Source of the DNA: Flaccisagitta enflata
Taxonomy: Eukaryota
DNA length: 64,000 bases
Direction: 5' to 3'
NCBI GenBank assembly: GCA_965153355.1
Contig: OZ231126.1
Span: forward strand, 24,056,001-24,120,000
The position numbers and the translations under genes are program-made. This document shows, one piece after another, positions 1 through 14,479 of the stretch; position 1 is the stretch's first letter; each line of letters starts with the position of its first letter. The notes beneath the pieces were generated by a model. It did not search any database. It was not told where the DNA came from and saw only the letters and a program-made list of their open reading frames with translations.

Positions 1-183
1 GGCTGATCGAATTAAGTCCGTGGAGGAAAGGGAAGATGAGTGAACGCTAATGGATTTAGGGGTGGCCTAGAGCTAGAGCTATGAAGCAAGAGGAAGGAAA
101 ACGAAAAATGGAAAAGACTAGGATATGAGATATAAAAGGATGTAAGGGGAGGAAGAAGAAAAGAAGGGAAAACAAAAGAAGAC

Positions 184-269
<86 letters not shown>

Positions 270-826
270 TCATTGATGATCATGGAGGACTGAATCAGCA
301 AGAAAAAAAAAGAAAGAGCGAGGAAGAGAACTTACAAGAAGAAAAAAGATGTGGAGGTCAGAAAGTGAGAGAGATGAAGAGAAAAGCGGCGAGGGTGTTA
401 TTGGCAAGTAGACCCAAGGGAGGAGTGAAATTGGAGGGTGCCAAGTCAGAAAATGTTGGCCAAAGGGGGGTGTGACGCCATGGTAGAGTGAAGTCGTGCT
501 ACACTTGAGAGATGAAAAAGAAGAACATGAGGGTGGTGCAAGACACAATCAGAGCGTTGGACGCAAGCATTGCTATATTTCAATTTAGGTCATGTTCTTC
601 TGCAATGGTCATTGGTCAAGCGGTTGTCAATCGTCAAGAGGCTTCTGTAGGCGGCAGAGGAGAAGATGTGGGAGGGTTACGGGGCAGGGCAGGAGAGTAG
701 GGGGAGGGGATGCTCCTCAAATTTAGTGAGAAGGTGTGGGGGATACGGGGATCGATAGGGGATTAGAAAATACGGAAATTAATGAATGAAATAAACGGAT
801 TGTAAATAGAAGTTAGAAGGTGACAA

Positions 827-1030
827 AACAATGCCGGATACACGGCTACCATAGTCGCGTGCGGGTGGGCAGGGGCAGTATTTGAGTTACTAAAGCACTT
901 GGGCAAGTGCAGTGAGGCCAAAGACCGCAAAAACATAAAAAATGTAAAATGGGGACCAACCGACCAACCGACCGACCGACCGACGGACGGACAAAGCAGG
1001 GTGTAGTGTCGCGTAGCACGCGACTAAAAA
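827..1030 (-). mobile_element. DINE-1/HINE-like non-autonomous Helentron-associated element, family 1
   Basis: On the minus strand: T-run, AGTCGCGTGCTACGCGAC hairpin/subTIR, (GTCY)n microsatellite, second subTIR CACGCGACT, short 3' stem-loop, ending near (C)ATTGTT; no TSD. Same layout as about 10 other copies in the window. Confidence 0.7.
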
Positions 1031-1089
1031 AAACAATTATCGATTTTTGTTAGCCATAGGCGGGGCATTGGAGTCAATGAAACCAGAAT

Positions 1090-1655
1090 ATGATAGTCGC
1101 AAAAGTGTTAGATGGTCAGCGGTACCCGTTGCCCCTATGTGAGCATATGTTGATGTGTGATGGTGAGAGGGGCAATGGCCCCGAAGGGGCCGATGACCTA
1201 TGCTTAGTAGGTTTTGAGGCCCTACGCATGAATTTGAGCATCAATTATAGATTTAAAGATCGAGGCTGTGATTTGAGCCTCCAGGCTGTGATTTGAGCCT
1301 CAAGGTTGTCATTTGAGCCAAGATGCTAGGATTTGAGCCTTGAGGCTGGGATTTGAGCATCAAGGCTGGGATTTGAGCCTTGAGGCTGGGATTTAAACCT
1401 CGAGGCTGGGATTTGAGCCTCAAGGCTGGAATTTGAGCCTCAAGGCTGGGATTTGAGCCTCGAGGCTGGGATTTGAGCCTCAAGGCTGGGATTTGAGCCT
1501 CGAGGCTGGGATTTGAGCCTCGAGGCTGGGATTTGAGCCTCGAGGCAGGGGTTTGAGCCTCAAGGGGGGGGCGGACGGAGGAGGGGAAGAAGGAGAAATT
1601 TCCCCTATGTGTGAAAGCATAGGTCATCGGCCCCTTCGGAGCCGCTGCCCAAAAA
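1090..1655 (-). mobile_element. HINE-like element, family 2 variant, with internal 21-bp tandem array
   Basis: Inverted repeats GGGCA..GGCCCCGAAGGGGCCGATGACCTATGCTT (~1170-1206) and AAGCATAGGTCATCGGCCCCTTCGGAGCCGCTGCCC (~1615-1650) flank a GGCTGGGATTTGAGCCTCAA/G array; tail motif GGGCAACGGGTACCGCTGACC shared with the 4036-5430 element. Left boundary approximate. Confidence 0.6.
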
Positions 1656-1967
1656 GTAAGGGTGCAGAATGAAATAAGGAGATATTCATGGCTTATCATA
1701 GAAAAAAAGTAATTATACTTAAATCGTACAATACTAGAAGAGCAGAGGTAAATTACAAAATCTATTGGAATTCTGGCTTTAGGGCCGTTTGGTAAACAAA
1801 GATTGAGACCCAAACGGAGAAGTAGAATTGGGTGTAGAGACTAGAATTAATCTCAAGAGAAACATGAAAGAAGTGAAGGAAAATCGAAGCCAATAAATTT
1901 CCTTTGACGGAAACCCAAGCAAAGGGAAAAGTCAGAGGCGCAAGAAAGATGGGACAGAAAGTGAAAG

Positions 1968-2037
<70 letters not shown>

Positions 2038-2846
2038 CGGATAATAAAAATGTCATTTGCATAATGTGATCATGACGAACTTCTTAAAAACAAGAAAACT
2101 GCAATATTTTCATCATTAATCAGAACTTTAAGCGTGACCATTCATTTTGTGATTTAAAATTGAATGAAGAAAAATCCCTTGTATCTTAAAAAGATAGCCT
2201 GAAAGTGTACAGTTTAGTCTGCCAACTACAAAGTCACTCAGGTACTCACTTTAGATTTAGTTTGTTTTACACGTTTGGTAGTTGACATGGTAGAAGATTC
2301 CATTTGCTTCCCCGTTCTTCTAATTGATATATTTAATGCGCTCCCTAGGTGTCGGTTGACCCGGTCGCAGTCATGGGAAGCGCCGCAGTGAGTCTAGTAG
2401 AGATTACGTCACGATGAGACCGAGGGTAATGGCAAGGATTTGTCTTTTATCATAATTAAGCATTAGCAAGATGAGATAACTCGTCATTCGTTCATATTCC
2501 AATTCTCCCTTGTTAGCGCAAAAAGAATTCAGTGACATTTGATTTCAATTCCGTCTTCATTCTCAGTAGATTTAGTCAAACGGTTTCTGGGATTTCCGTT
2601 GATTACCTTTTACAATTAGACCCCCTTAAAACAAGGAACCCAACGGCGATAGTGGGGATGATGGCGATGAAAATTATGATGACGATGAGGAGGGTGACGC
2701 TGAAATCTACTGATCAGTAAGATTTCATAACAAAAACCATGTAAGGTCGATATTTTATTTAGACATCCCCCCACGTACACTAGTACGGCTCATTAACAAT
2801 TGTTTTATTGGTAAGTGTGATAAACGCGGCATTTTAAGAAAAAAGG

Positions 2847-3390
<544 letters not shown>

Positions 3391-3720
3391 TCTTTCACTT
3401 CTCTTCTGCATATCCCCTTTTTCTGCCGCCTGAATGGATTTTCTCCCTCCTATCGCAATTCGATCTTTTCCAACCAAAATAATAGAAGATAAAAAGGCTA
3501 AGGAAAGAAATACATCGGAACATAAGAGAAAAATGGAAAAAAAGAAAAGAAAAGTGATAGTGAAACAGAGAAATAGAGAAAATGAAGAAAAAAACCTTTT
3601 TCCCTCCACGGTAACACCGTTCCTTTATTCCAAGCAATCCTTTCCGTTTTCCATGTTATGCCATAAATCATTCAAGCTCTCCAAAGGGAAGGCCTCACTC
3701 TCTAGGCTCAAGCTCCACTG

Positions 3721-3808
<88 letters not shown>

Positions 3809-3881
3809 TCACTCTACCTCCACTCTCCTCCAAACATGCTGCTCTCTCCCTCTATTTCCATCTATATCCCGGGCTCTTACT

Positions 3882-5430
<1,549 letters not shown>

Positions 5431-6707
5431 CTCTCTCTATCTCTCTTTCTCTCATACTCTCACTCTCTCACTCTCTAGCGCGCGAGGTCACCCCTTAATG
5501 CTTGCCAGGGACGGTCCCATTCAAGGCAGGCGCCATAACCGATTGTCGGGTTAATGGTTATCACCTCATTTTTGGGTACTTGGAGGGAGGGAAGAGGATG
5601 GATATGACCAAAGGCAGGAAACGGATGAGAGGAGCGGCAGGAGGAGGAAAGGGAGGAAGAGGAGTGGAAATGAGGAGGAAGGGGAGGTAGTAGAGCGGAA
5701 ATGCGGAGGACAAGTAGGAGGAGCCTGAAAGTGAGAGAGAGATTGGAGGAGTTATGGAGTTGTGGGTGGATCTAGCCAGAAAATGCAAGCGTCGGTTAGA
5801 AATGGTGGAGTGCTGGGATGCGGGAAGGGAAGAGGGGAACTAGAAAGGGGGTAATGGAACAAAATCATGCGATGCAAAGTTTGATTTACGCTATGGACTG
5901 TCATGTGGGTGATGAAATGAGCGAGATACTGTTAACGTTTGTATCTCTCACTGACTTATGTTGTACAAGTCGAAAATTATTATGGGAAAATTTACAAGAA
6001 ATCAGTTCAAGCTCATAAATATTGTGCTATTCTTTATGATTTATGGGTTATTGAATTATCTGTTATGAACTTTTTGATTTCGTTTGAAAATACGCATGTA
6101 GTATTTTTTTTTTCAGTTCATCATAGAATCGAGTTTGGCTTTGGGACGAAACAGGTTACGGCAAACTTTGGGCATTGAAGCAAAGAATTGCGTGGTAACC
6201 AAATGGAGTCGAAAGAGTTGATTTCAATTCCTGTTACATGGTTTTTCTTCAGAGCGCAGGAATTTTTTTTGATCGTTTTGAATTTTTTGATTTTTTTTCT
6301 TTGGAGGGTGAAATATATTCTATTTTCTCCCGGCTTCCCGCGTTGATCCATCTTGCCTCTGGCTCACGTTTTTTTTCTTTCTTTTTTTTTCTATTCATAG
6401 AAACGCTCAAAATTCCTCCAACAATTTTGCCCCCTGCCTCTACAGTTTCCACGGTGTGCCGTCTGATGGTCACTTGTTTCTTTTGCATATTTTAGGTGGA
6501 TCAGCACAAGCTTTTAAGAGGTTGTATGTTGTCCTTGTGTCTGGCAGTATGTTGGTAGGGCTTTTACTTGGAGATCCGAAAGGCCCGCAGATTTGACTAC
6601 TTGTTCTTGTTTAAGCAAATACTAATAAACTTTTACTTTCAGTCAGCCATGATCTTGTCAATCATCATCAACTTTGGTTGACATTGCATATCAAAAGTTC
6701 TCTTTAC

Positions 6708-7028
6708 GGGTGGGTACCCTTAGAGCGACTTTCTCACTGGAGGGAATTTTTTCTCATTAAAATTCCCTCCAGTGAGATTATTTTTTTGTCTCACTAAAGG
6801 GAATTTTAGTGAGAAAAAATTCCCTCCAATGAGACTACTATTTTTCCCTCTAGTGAGACTAATTTTTCCCTTTAGTGAGAAAGGAAAAAAGGAAAGAAAA
6901 AAGAAAGAAAAAAAGTAAGAAAGAAGAGAAAAAGAGAGACAAACAGAGGGACAGACAGAAAGAAGACAGCAAGAGACAAAGAGAGAGAGGTTTGAGACAT
7001 AAACAAAAAGAGAGAGAGAGAGTGAGAG

Positions 7029-7059
<31 letters not shown>

Positions 7060-8671
7060 AGGAAAGAAAGCAAGAGAGAGATATAATTGCCTTGAATTCT
7101 TGGCTTAGAGATGCACCAACACAATATCTCCAATTTGGCCTCTAAGCAGGACCCGATTATAGTTTATGTTAATAGCTGGCAGGTTGTTCCCTACTCGCTT
7201 GTATGGTAGTTTCTCTTTTCTTTTACCCAAGTAGATAAAATTCCAAACGGTAAAAAATATTTGGTCCACAACTAACTCTTGTGGAGTGGAAGCTCAATTC
7301 TACTACTTCACTTATGCCATCAAATGTTGTGAAAATGGAAGGGATGTAAGAATTGCACCATTTACGTGGTAAAAAAAACCGAGATACACGGCATCCCAAT
7401 TGGAGACAGTTGTGAAGGGGCGGTAATACAGGAGCCACTCATAGTTCAACAGTGTCTCAGATTAGATATATCATAAAATGCTCTTGATTTCTTTAATCTA
7501 TTTGGACAACCATGATAAACCTGTGTAGGTTAAGGATTTGATGTTCAAAAAGTAGTCAATCTTCTTTGAAATTTCATGAGAACGTATTGTAGGTCAAAGA
7601 TTTTGGTGGAAGCCAATCTACTACTCACTTGTTGACAACTTAAACTGTCTTCAAGTCCAACAACATAGGCACTTTTGCCTTTTTTATTTGAAAAAAAAAA
7701 AACAGAAACATCACCCAATGACTTTTTTTTTTAAATTTTGACAAGCCTGTGTAGTTCAAAGATTTAATCTGCCCAAAAAATTAGGTATGAGTACCAAGCA
7801 ATCTCCTTTGAAAATCCATGAGTACTTGGTCTGATCCAATGATAGGAGGTAGAAGCCAGTCTACTACTCTGACTCAAAGCCTCAAAAGAGAGCCAATATG
7901 ATGCATGAAGGCAGATTCGAAGCCTGAGAGGGTAATCTGAAGGCGAGATTGAAGCCAGAAAAGTCAGATTAGAGGCATGAGAGGGCAAATTTTAAACAAA
8001 AGATGGCTTACTACAAGCATGACAGAGGTGATTTTGGATGGAGGGACAGACTTCTGGAAATTCACCTTTGTTTACTACAGTATATCGGCCTTTTAAAGTC
8101 GCCGCTGAAAAAGGGAGGAGGGTAGGATTGAAAGGAAAAAGGAAGGAAGGAAGGCAGAAAGGGAGAAATGGCAAGAAAGAATCAACAAATGCGTCCTGGG
8201 AATCAAATGTGAAAGCTTAGGTCATCAGTCCAGAAGGAAGGAAGGAATGAAAAAAGGGAGGAAAGGGAGGAACAAAAGAAAGAAAAGAAGGAAGGAAGGA
8301 AGGTTGTAACCAAGTAGGGAATGAAAGTAAGGGAGGTCAAAATGGTAGGAAGGGTGGATGGGAGGAATGGGTGAGGGAAGATGTGTAGTTGCAAAAATGA
8401 GCACGCGACTGTCGCCATCTTGTTGTAAGTATAAAGAGGGAGACTCCTGTTATGAGTATCTGCTATTTTCTTTGCGTCGCCTCACTGGGGGGAATTTCCT
8501 CCACTTTCCTTCTTTTTTGTCTCACTAAAGGGAATTTTAGTGAGAAAAAATTCCCTCCAGTGAGACTACATTTTTTTCCCTTTAGTGAGACACTTTTTTT
8601 GGTCTCACTGGAGGGAATTTTTTTGTTTCTCACTTAAGGGAAAAAAATCGTCTCACTAAGGGGATTCCCCC
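6708..8671. mobile_element. Non-autonomous DNA transposon with GG termini and 8-bp TSD (Merlin- or Mutator-like)
   Basis: TSD CTCTTTAC at 6700-6707 and 8672-8679, with a single CTCTTTAC at the empty paralogous site (~33672-33679); imperfect TIRs GGGTGGGTACCCTTAGAGCGAC / revcomp GGGGGAATCCCCTTAGTGAGAC; subterminal TCTCACT(AAA/GGA)GGGAA repeats. The superfamily is inferred only. Confidence 0.8.
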
Positions 8672-8753
8672 CTCTTTACATCCCATCTCATCCCCTTCCC
8701 CGATTTACTATTTCACTCCCATCTTTCTGGTACTTCCTGCCCTCATTTCCTCT

Positions 8754-8857
<104 letters not shown>

Positions 8858-9619
8858 CTCTGTGTTTTTCTATTTCTCATGTTTCTATTCCTGAATTTTT
8901 TTTCTTGCAGGTTTTTTCTTCCTCCTTTTTTTTCTTCCCTGAGGCGACTACATGAGGCGGAAATCTTTTCAGCCTTCACTCGCTCCAAATTTGGCTTCTC
9001 ACAGTGGGAGATGAAATAGACAAGGGCCACATGGCGATGGGGGAGGGGCTTCGGGGAGATGTAGGGGGAGATGAAAACAGGCAGAAATTCGCATGGTGAC
9101 GGGGGCGGGCTTCGGGGAGATGTAGGGGGAGATGAAAACAGGCATGAGGCCACGTGGTGAAGGGGGAGGGCTTGGTAGTGATGTAGTGAGAGATTGTGTT
9201 AGCGGGGGAGGATGCCGAGGGCAAGACTCCATAAGAGGGCGTAAGAGATACGAGTTACAGTCTGAAGAAAACTAAAGAAGAAACATGGTACTTGGGGTCA
9301 AATCCACACAAACCTGAGTATTGGCAAAAATGAGGAACTAAAACATATTGCACAGCTAGTCAAGCTACATAAAAAATGTCTATCTTTATCAATACTACAT
9401 CCATCGTATGCCACTGAATAACTCATAAGCCGAAAATTGAGAATTTTGTTTTTGTCGTCCATGACTCATCCATCCTTGCCCACGAAAAAAGAGTCCAAAG
9501 CGCAGGTGAAAAAGAAGATTAGAATAATTGGTCAAAAACTTTTTAAGAGCCAAACTCGCCTTGACTTCACCCTCTTTCTTGACTCACTTCCCTTGACAGC
9601 AAATGTCGGACGTATGCAG

Positions 9620-9676
<57 letters not shown>

Positions 9677-9678
<2 letters not shown>

Positions 9679-10600
9679 TTAGAAATGTATGTCTGTCAGT
9701 CTCTTAGGTGTGTGTGCCTTCTGTCTCTTTTGCGTGCTTTTGGCTTTTTTCTCTTTCTCTACTATTCGATGCCCGTGTCTTTTGTTTCTTGCCGTTTTTT
9801 ATATTGGACGCTAGATGGGTAACCATATGGTTGCGCCTTGATTTTGTGCCATTTGTTTTTACTACGTGGGCGGATGTGCGTAACTCGTCTTTCGTATCAT
9901 CCAATTTTTGGATTGATTGATTTTGTTTAATTACGGCGTCGCTTCTTAAAGTGATTGATTGATTTTTATGATCGTTTGAATGCGCCCTTGGAATTCACTA
10001 ATTTCAATAATCTCTCATCTTTTTATTGCAGATAAACTAATGAACGGACAATTAACGTTAATTTGACATCGACAGACTGTGGGTTGAAACCAACGAAAGT
10101 GGGCCTAAAAGTAAGTTTTATAGACGTGTTTCTGCTTTTATTAACGTTGTTTTTATCTTGTCTTCCGGTCTGTTCTTTTTGTCTTTTGCCCTTTTGCATT
10201 TTTATCGCCGGATTTTAGTATGGTTTTTATCGCTTGTCCGATCAGCTTGCTATAGGGATGATATGGATGAATTTAATGGGATGGGCCGGGGCAGGGGCAG
10301 GTATTATCAGGTGGCATGGGCTCTGAAGAAGATGAACATGTTGTCATGTGCTGTTTCTGTCCTTTATTGTGTCCTATCTCGATTTCATGTTATCTTTTGC
10401 GTTTGCTGATCACAATTAACGCCCACTTTCCCTTTCATTTTTCCCCCTCTCTTCAGTTGTTGAAATTTTTATGGAATAAACGAGACGATCGCCTTCCTAT
10501 TTTCCAATCGGCCAACTTTCTTTCACCACAAGTCGTCAGTCAGATAGACGCTCATAGACAGTGCCAGTTGAAACTCGTGGGCTTAATTTATATTTCAAAA
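9677..10600 (+). repeat. 5' LTR (~924 bp)
   Basis: TGTTAGAAAT...ATTTCAAAA (ATTTCAACA in copy 2), i.e. short terminal inverted repeats; AATAAA at 10475-10480; matches 21949-22863. Confidence 0.9.
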
Positions 10601-10655
10601 ATTTAAAAACGACTCGATTCTTTTCATCTTCGACCTCCGAAAGCGAAATTGGACA

Positions 10656-13600
10656 ATGGCAGCCGCGCGTAACGACGACACCGTCTCGACTGCTTCAACG
10701 TCATCTCGTGTATCTCACTTCGGTTTGAATCAGTGTCCGAGGTCGAATCGTTTGCGCGCAATGAGGAGCGACATCACTGCGGAAATGGAAGGATGCCGGC
10801 GCCTTTTGGACGCCGTTTCTACTTGCACCGAAGGAGCGAACTCGACGACGCCGCCTGTGAATCGGATGGCGCTCGACACGGCCTTCGGGACATGGTCTAC
10901 GACTTTATATCGTATGCAAGACAAATGGCGCTCGACTCGATGCCCGGCGACCCTCTTCGATTCGAGCGTCTTCTTTGCGTCGAATCCGGCGCGAGTGGGA
11001 CTCCATGCGTTTCTTTGATCGTGAAAACTATCCAGAGGTTTTTCCTTCCAACGCCGACATCGTGAACGCAGTGCATAATGACATTGGGAATCGCAAAAGG
11101 CCCGTCAATGAATTCTCATGGAATAGTCTCCCAACTGACACACACGCCGCCCGTGACAATGTTACCGCGCTCCGACTCCAAGATGCGGCGTCGTCGCCAA
11201 AAGACGGATCCAGTATCTACCACTTCGGTCCCGCGACATGGTGCGCAATCTCCAACTGGCGGCCAATTTTTAAATCTGCCGCCCGATCCAGAGAGAGATG
11301 CCGTCCAATCAATGGGTATCAGATTTGGTCTCGGAAATCGAACCTGCGCGTGCATCTCCGATGGAGCAAGCTGACGACATGCTTGCGGATCTCGACGACG
11401 CCGACGCTCTTGCAAGAGGCCGTGGGATCATCAACGGATTGACGCCGCAGGAGAGGGCGAGGCGGCGCAAGTCAACAGGAGTGCTGAGAGAGACAGATGG
11501 GGCAGGCAGTTGGAGGAGGAAATGCGACAAGGCCGTCGGCTGATTGACGATATGCAGCAGCAACAACGGGAGGAGGAGCAGCGACAGCAGCAGGAGCAAC
11601 AGCAGCAGCATCAATTGCAGATGCAGCAGCAGCAACTCCAACAGCAACGTCAACTCCACCGACCACAGGAGCAGCAGCAAACGACGGCTCAGCGGCAGCA
11701 GCAAGAGCTGTTGCAGCAGCAGCAGTTGCAGCAACTCCAACAATTTTGTCAACAAGATCCTGCAGCCGGCGCTCATCATCAACAACAACACGATCAACAG
11801 CAGCAACAACAGCAACAGCAACAACAACAAGAGCTGCGACAAACGGCAATGCAGCCGCACGAACAACAACAACAGCGGCAAAACGATGCAGGAGAAAATA
11901 CGCAACAGCAACAGCAGCAGCAACAGCAACCTTCCGCCGCAATCCCAGCGGTGGTAGTGGATCCTCCAGCGTCAAACAACCATCTTGTCGAAAGCATGAA
12001 CGTCAGTGAGGAGACAGAAGAAGAGAGACAGCAGCGCCTTGCAGATCAACGGCTGCGCATGATGGCTGAAGGTGAAGGTGGTGGTGCAGCAACAGCTCCA
12101 AAGGCGCCGATCGCGGTGCCATTGGGATTCCAACAGCAAGCTCATCACAAGAAGACAAAGAGTTATACGACAGAATGTGTAACTTTCGCCAGCAGCAGCA
12201 ACGAGATGAAGATAGAAGAGCGGGAATATTCAACAATGCGGCAGAAATGCAACGAAAGCACTGGAATAGCCTGAACGACGGCGGCATTGGTGAGGCTAGA
12301 GCAGCGTGATGTGAAGCTTAGGCAACTGTCTGAGCTGGAACAGCAGCAACCCCAGCATCCGCCAAAAGGCCGTCGATCTATCTTCAGAAACTTCAATTCG
12401 GGATTGTTCAGATTAGGAACACACAGCAGCGTCATGTGCAGTCAGTGGAAGCGTCCGTCGGCAGCGATGCAGCAGCAGCAGTGGGGGCAGCAGCAGCAGC
12501 AGCAAGGACAACGTCAGCGTCAACTGCAGCAGCAGAGGCGGAGCAGCAACAGCGTCTGACCAGCAACAACGCAGCTTCAACATCAACAGTGGCAGCAGCA
12601 GCGGCTTCAACAACAGCAACAGCATAAAGATCAGCATCATCAAGCCCCAGCAGCAACGATTCTCCCTACCGCACCGGAAGTGATCTTCGAGAAGCAGATT
12701 GGCTCTGCTAGAAGGGAGACTGGTTTTCCCCATCAAGAGGAAAAGGTCTTCAACACAGCCGGAAGCGGAGGTGATGCAACGGAAGCGATGCGCAGGAGGC
12801 AGAAGCAGGAGGCCGCTGACGCGAAGTTGGCACAACAGCTGCAAGATAAAGAGAGAAGAAAAGTCGCTCCCAAGAAGACAACGAATGGATTGCAGCCGAA
12901 GGTGCCGAAAGTAGCGCAAGCCTCTGTAGTAACGCCTCGCGGAAGTCATCAGCAGAATCACGTTTGCAGCAAGAAGTGGATAGTTTGAAGATGCAGATTC
13001 CTTCAGAGAGACTTTGACCTTGCCGCAGCGAGAGCAGAAAACAACGAAGAGGAACAACAGCGACAGTCGTCCGCCCAGATTTTGATGCTCCCCGATTCCA
13101 TCAAGATGATCGTCAACAACAAGTAAATCAGCAAGAGGAATAGGGTGGAGCGTTAAAACCACCAAAAAAGAGATCTCCGGTGTCGGGGTCAATACGCCTT
13201 CGTCCAACAACCCCAGCGTATCATCAAGTGGAGCATCATCAAGTAGCCCGTCAACCGGAAGTCCACGTTCAGATGCCCAACAATCCGGCGCTGGACAGGT
13301 TTTTGGAAAGAGCTTTTTTTTTTTGGAAAAAGAAGCGTACAATGATCTCATGCGAGCAAGGAGAGTGGCCTCAAAGCGTTGGAGAGAGCAAGACCTGAGA
13401 AGCCTCTGCAGGAGCTTTCATCCGCCTTTATGATGTGGAAGAGAAGTTTAAAAGATGCTGAGAAGCATGAAGGCTTGGCTAAAATGGACATCTTATTGGA
13501 ATTGCCTAAGTGGTTTGCTGGTCCGGCAAAAGAGATCATAGAAGCTGCGGCGATTGATGCAACTGAAGCGACAGCAAGAGGGAAGATTGGCAGCGCCTTC

Positions 13601-14330
13601 GCAAAAATGGGCGTAAATCTTTATAGCGAAGCGCTGCAACATTGCGGGCGCTGTTCCAGCAGCGAATCGTCGCGGAGGCAAAGATCAGTCGGCCGACCAT
13701 GCAAGGCATTTCAATTTGTCTGCAAGGTTGCAAAAGGCAAAGAAGATTGCGAGGACCTGTGGAGAAGTGCAACAATGCTATCGTGACGAGCTGCTGCAGG
13801 AGTTCTCAACAAGAGGGTCCCTCATCTTGCAGATAAATTCTGGGAAAAGCAACATGAAGCAGCCCTAAATGGACAATTGTTTTCATTCGACAACTTGGTC
13901 AATATGATCGAGACATGGGCGGTGATTCAGCGCAACCAAGGCGCAAGCTGCAAAACAGCATCAGTGGCAGCAGTCGCAACTACAGAGAAAGAAGCGCCAT
14001 CATCATATGAAGATGCTTTGACCAATGGCAAGCAAAAGGCGCAGTCGACGGACCGCTGCAACGTCTGCAGTGGAATGCATCAAACGGAAAACTGTCATCA
14101 ACTGTGGGAGTTGGAAGTGGACGCGAGAGTTCAAAAGATCATGTCTCGTCGTCTTTCCAGCCACTGTCTCACGCCAGGACACAACGCCAAAGGATGCGTG
14201 AACAGACCGACTTGCAAACCTGCAAGCGGCAGCGATTCTCCACGGGCGCACCTACAAGAAAGAAGAAAAGGGAGAGAAGAAAGAAGAAGCTAAGCAAGGA
14301 AATAAAGTACCGCTGGCTCCCTTCAAAAAG
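10656..14330 (+). pseudogene. gag: gag region, frameshifted: long N-terminal extension with poly-Q, capsid-like segment, triple zinc knuckle
   Basis: ATG 55 nt after the LTR; overlapping ORF fragments; CNVCSGMHQTENC ... SSHCLTPGHNAKGC ... TCK, completed in copy 2 as CFHCLAPGH and CQTCKKRH; the triple knuckle is a BEL/Pao hallmark. Confidence 0.8.
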
Positions 14331-14479
14331 TCAGAGGATGCGGCTGCAGCAGCACCAACAGCTCCGTCGACGGCGGAGGCAGCCAATCCAACGGAAATCA
14401 TCTCCTAACGCCACGGCGCGACTGGCGAGCGAAACGCGTCGCGGTCCGTCTCTTCGTCGGCGGCGTTGTCCGTCCGATG

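Noticed and set aside
1260-1563. Regular 21-bp array resembling a CRISPR or a repeat-protein ORF (also 4145-4400)
   Set aside because: No unique spacers, no cas genes, eukaryotic context; it is internal to a non-autonomous element.
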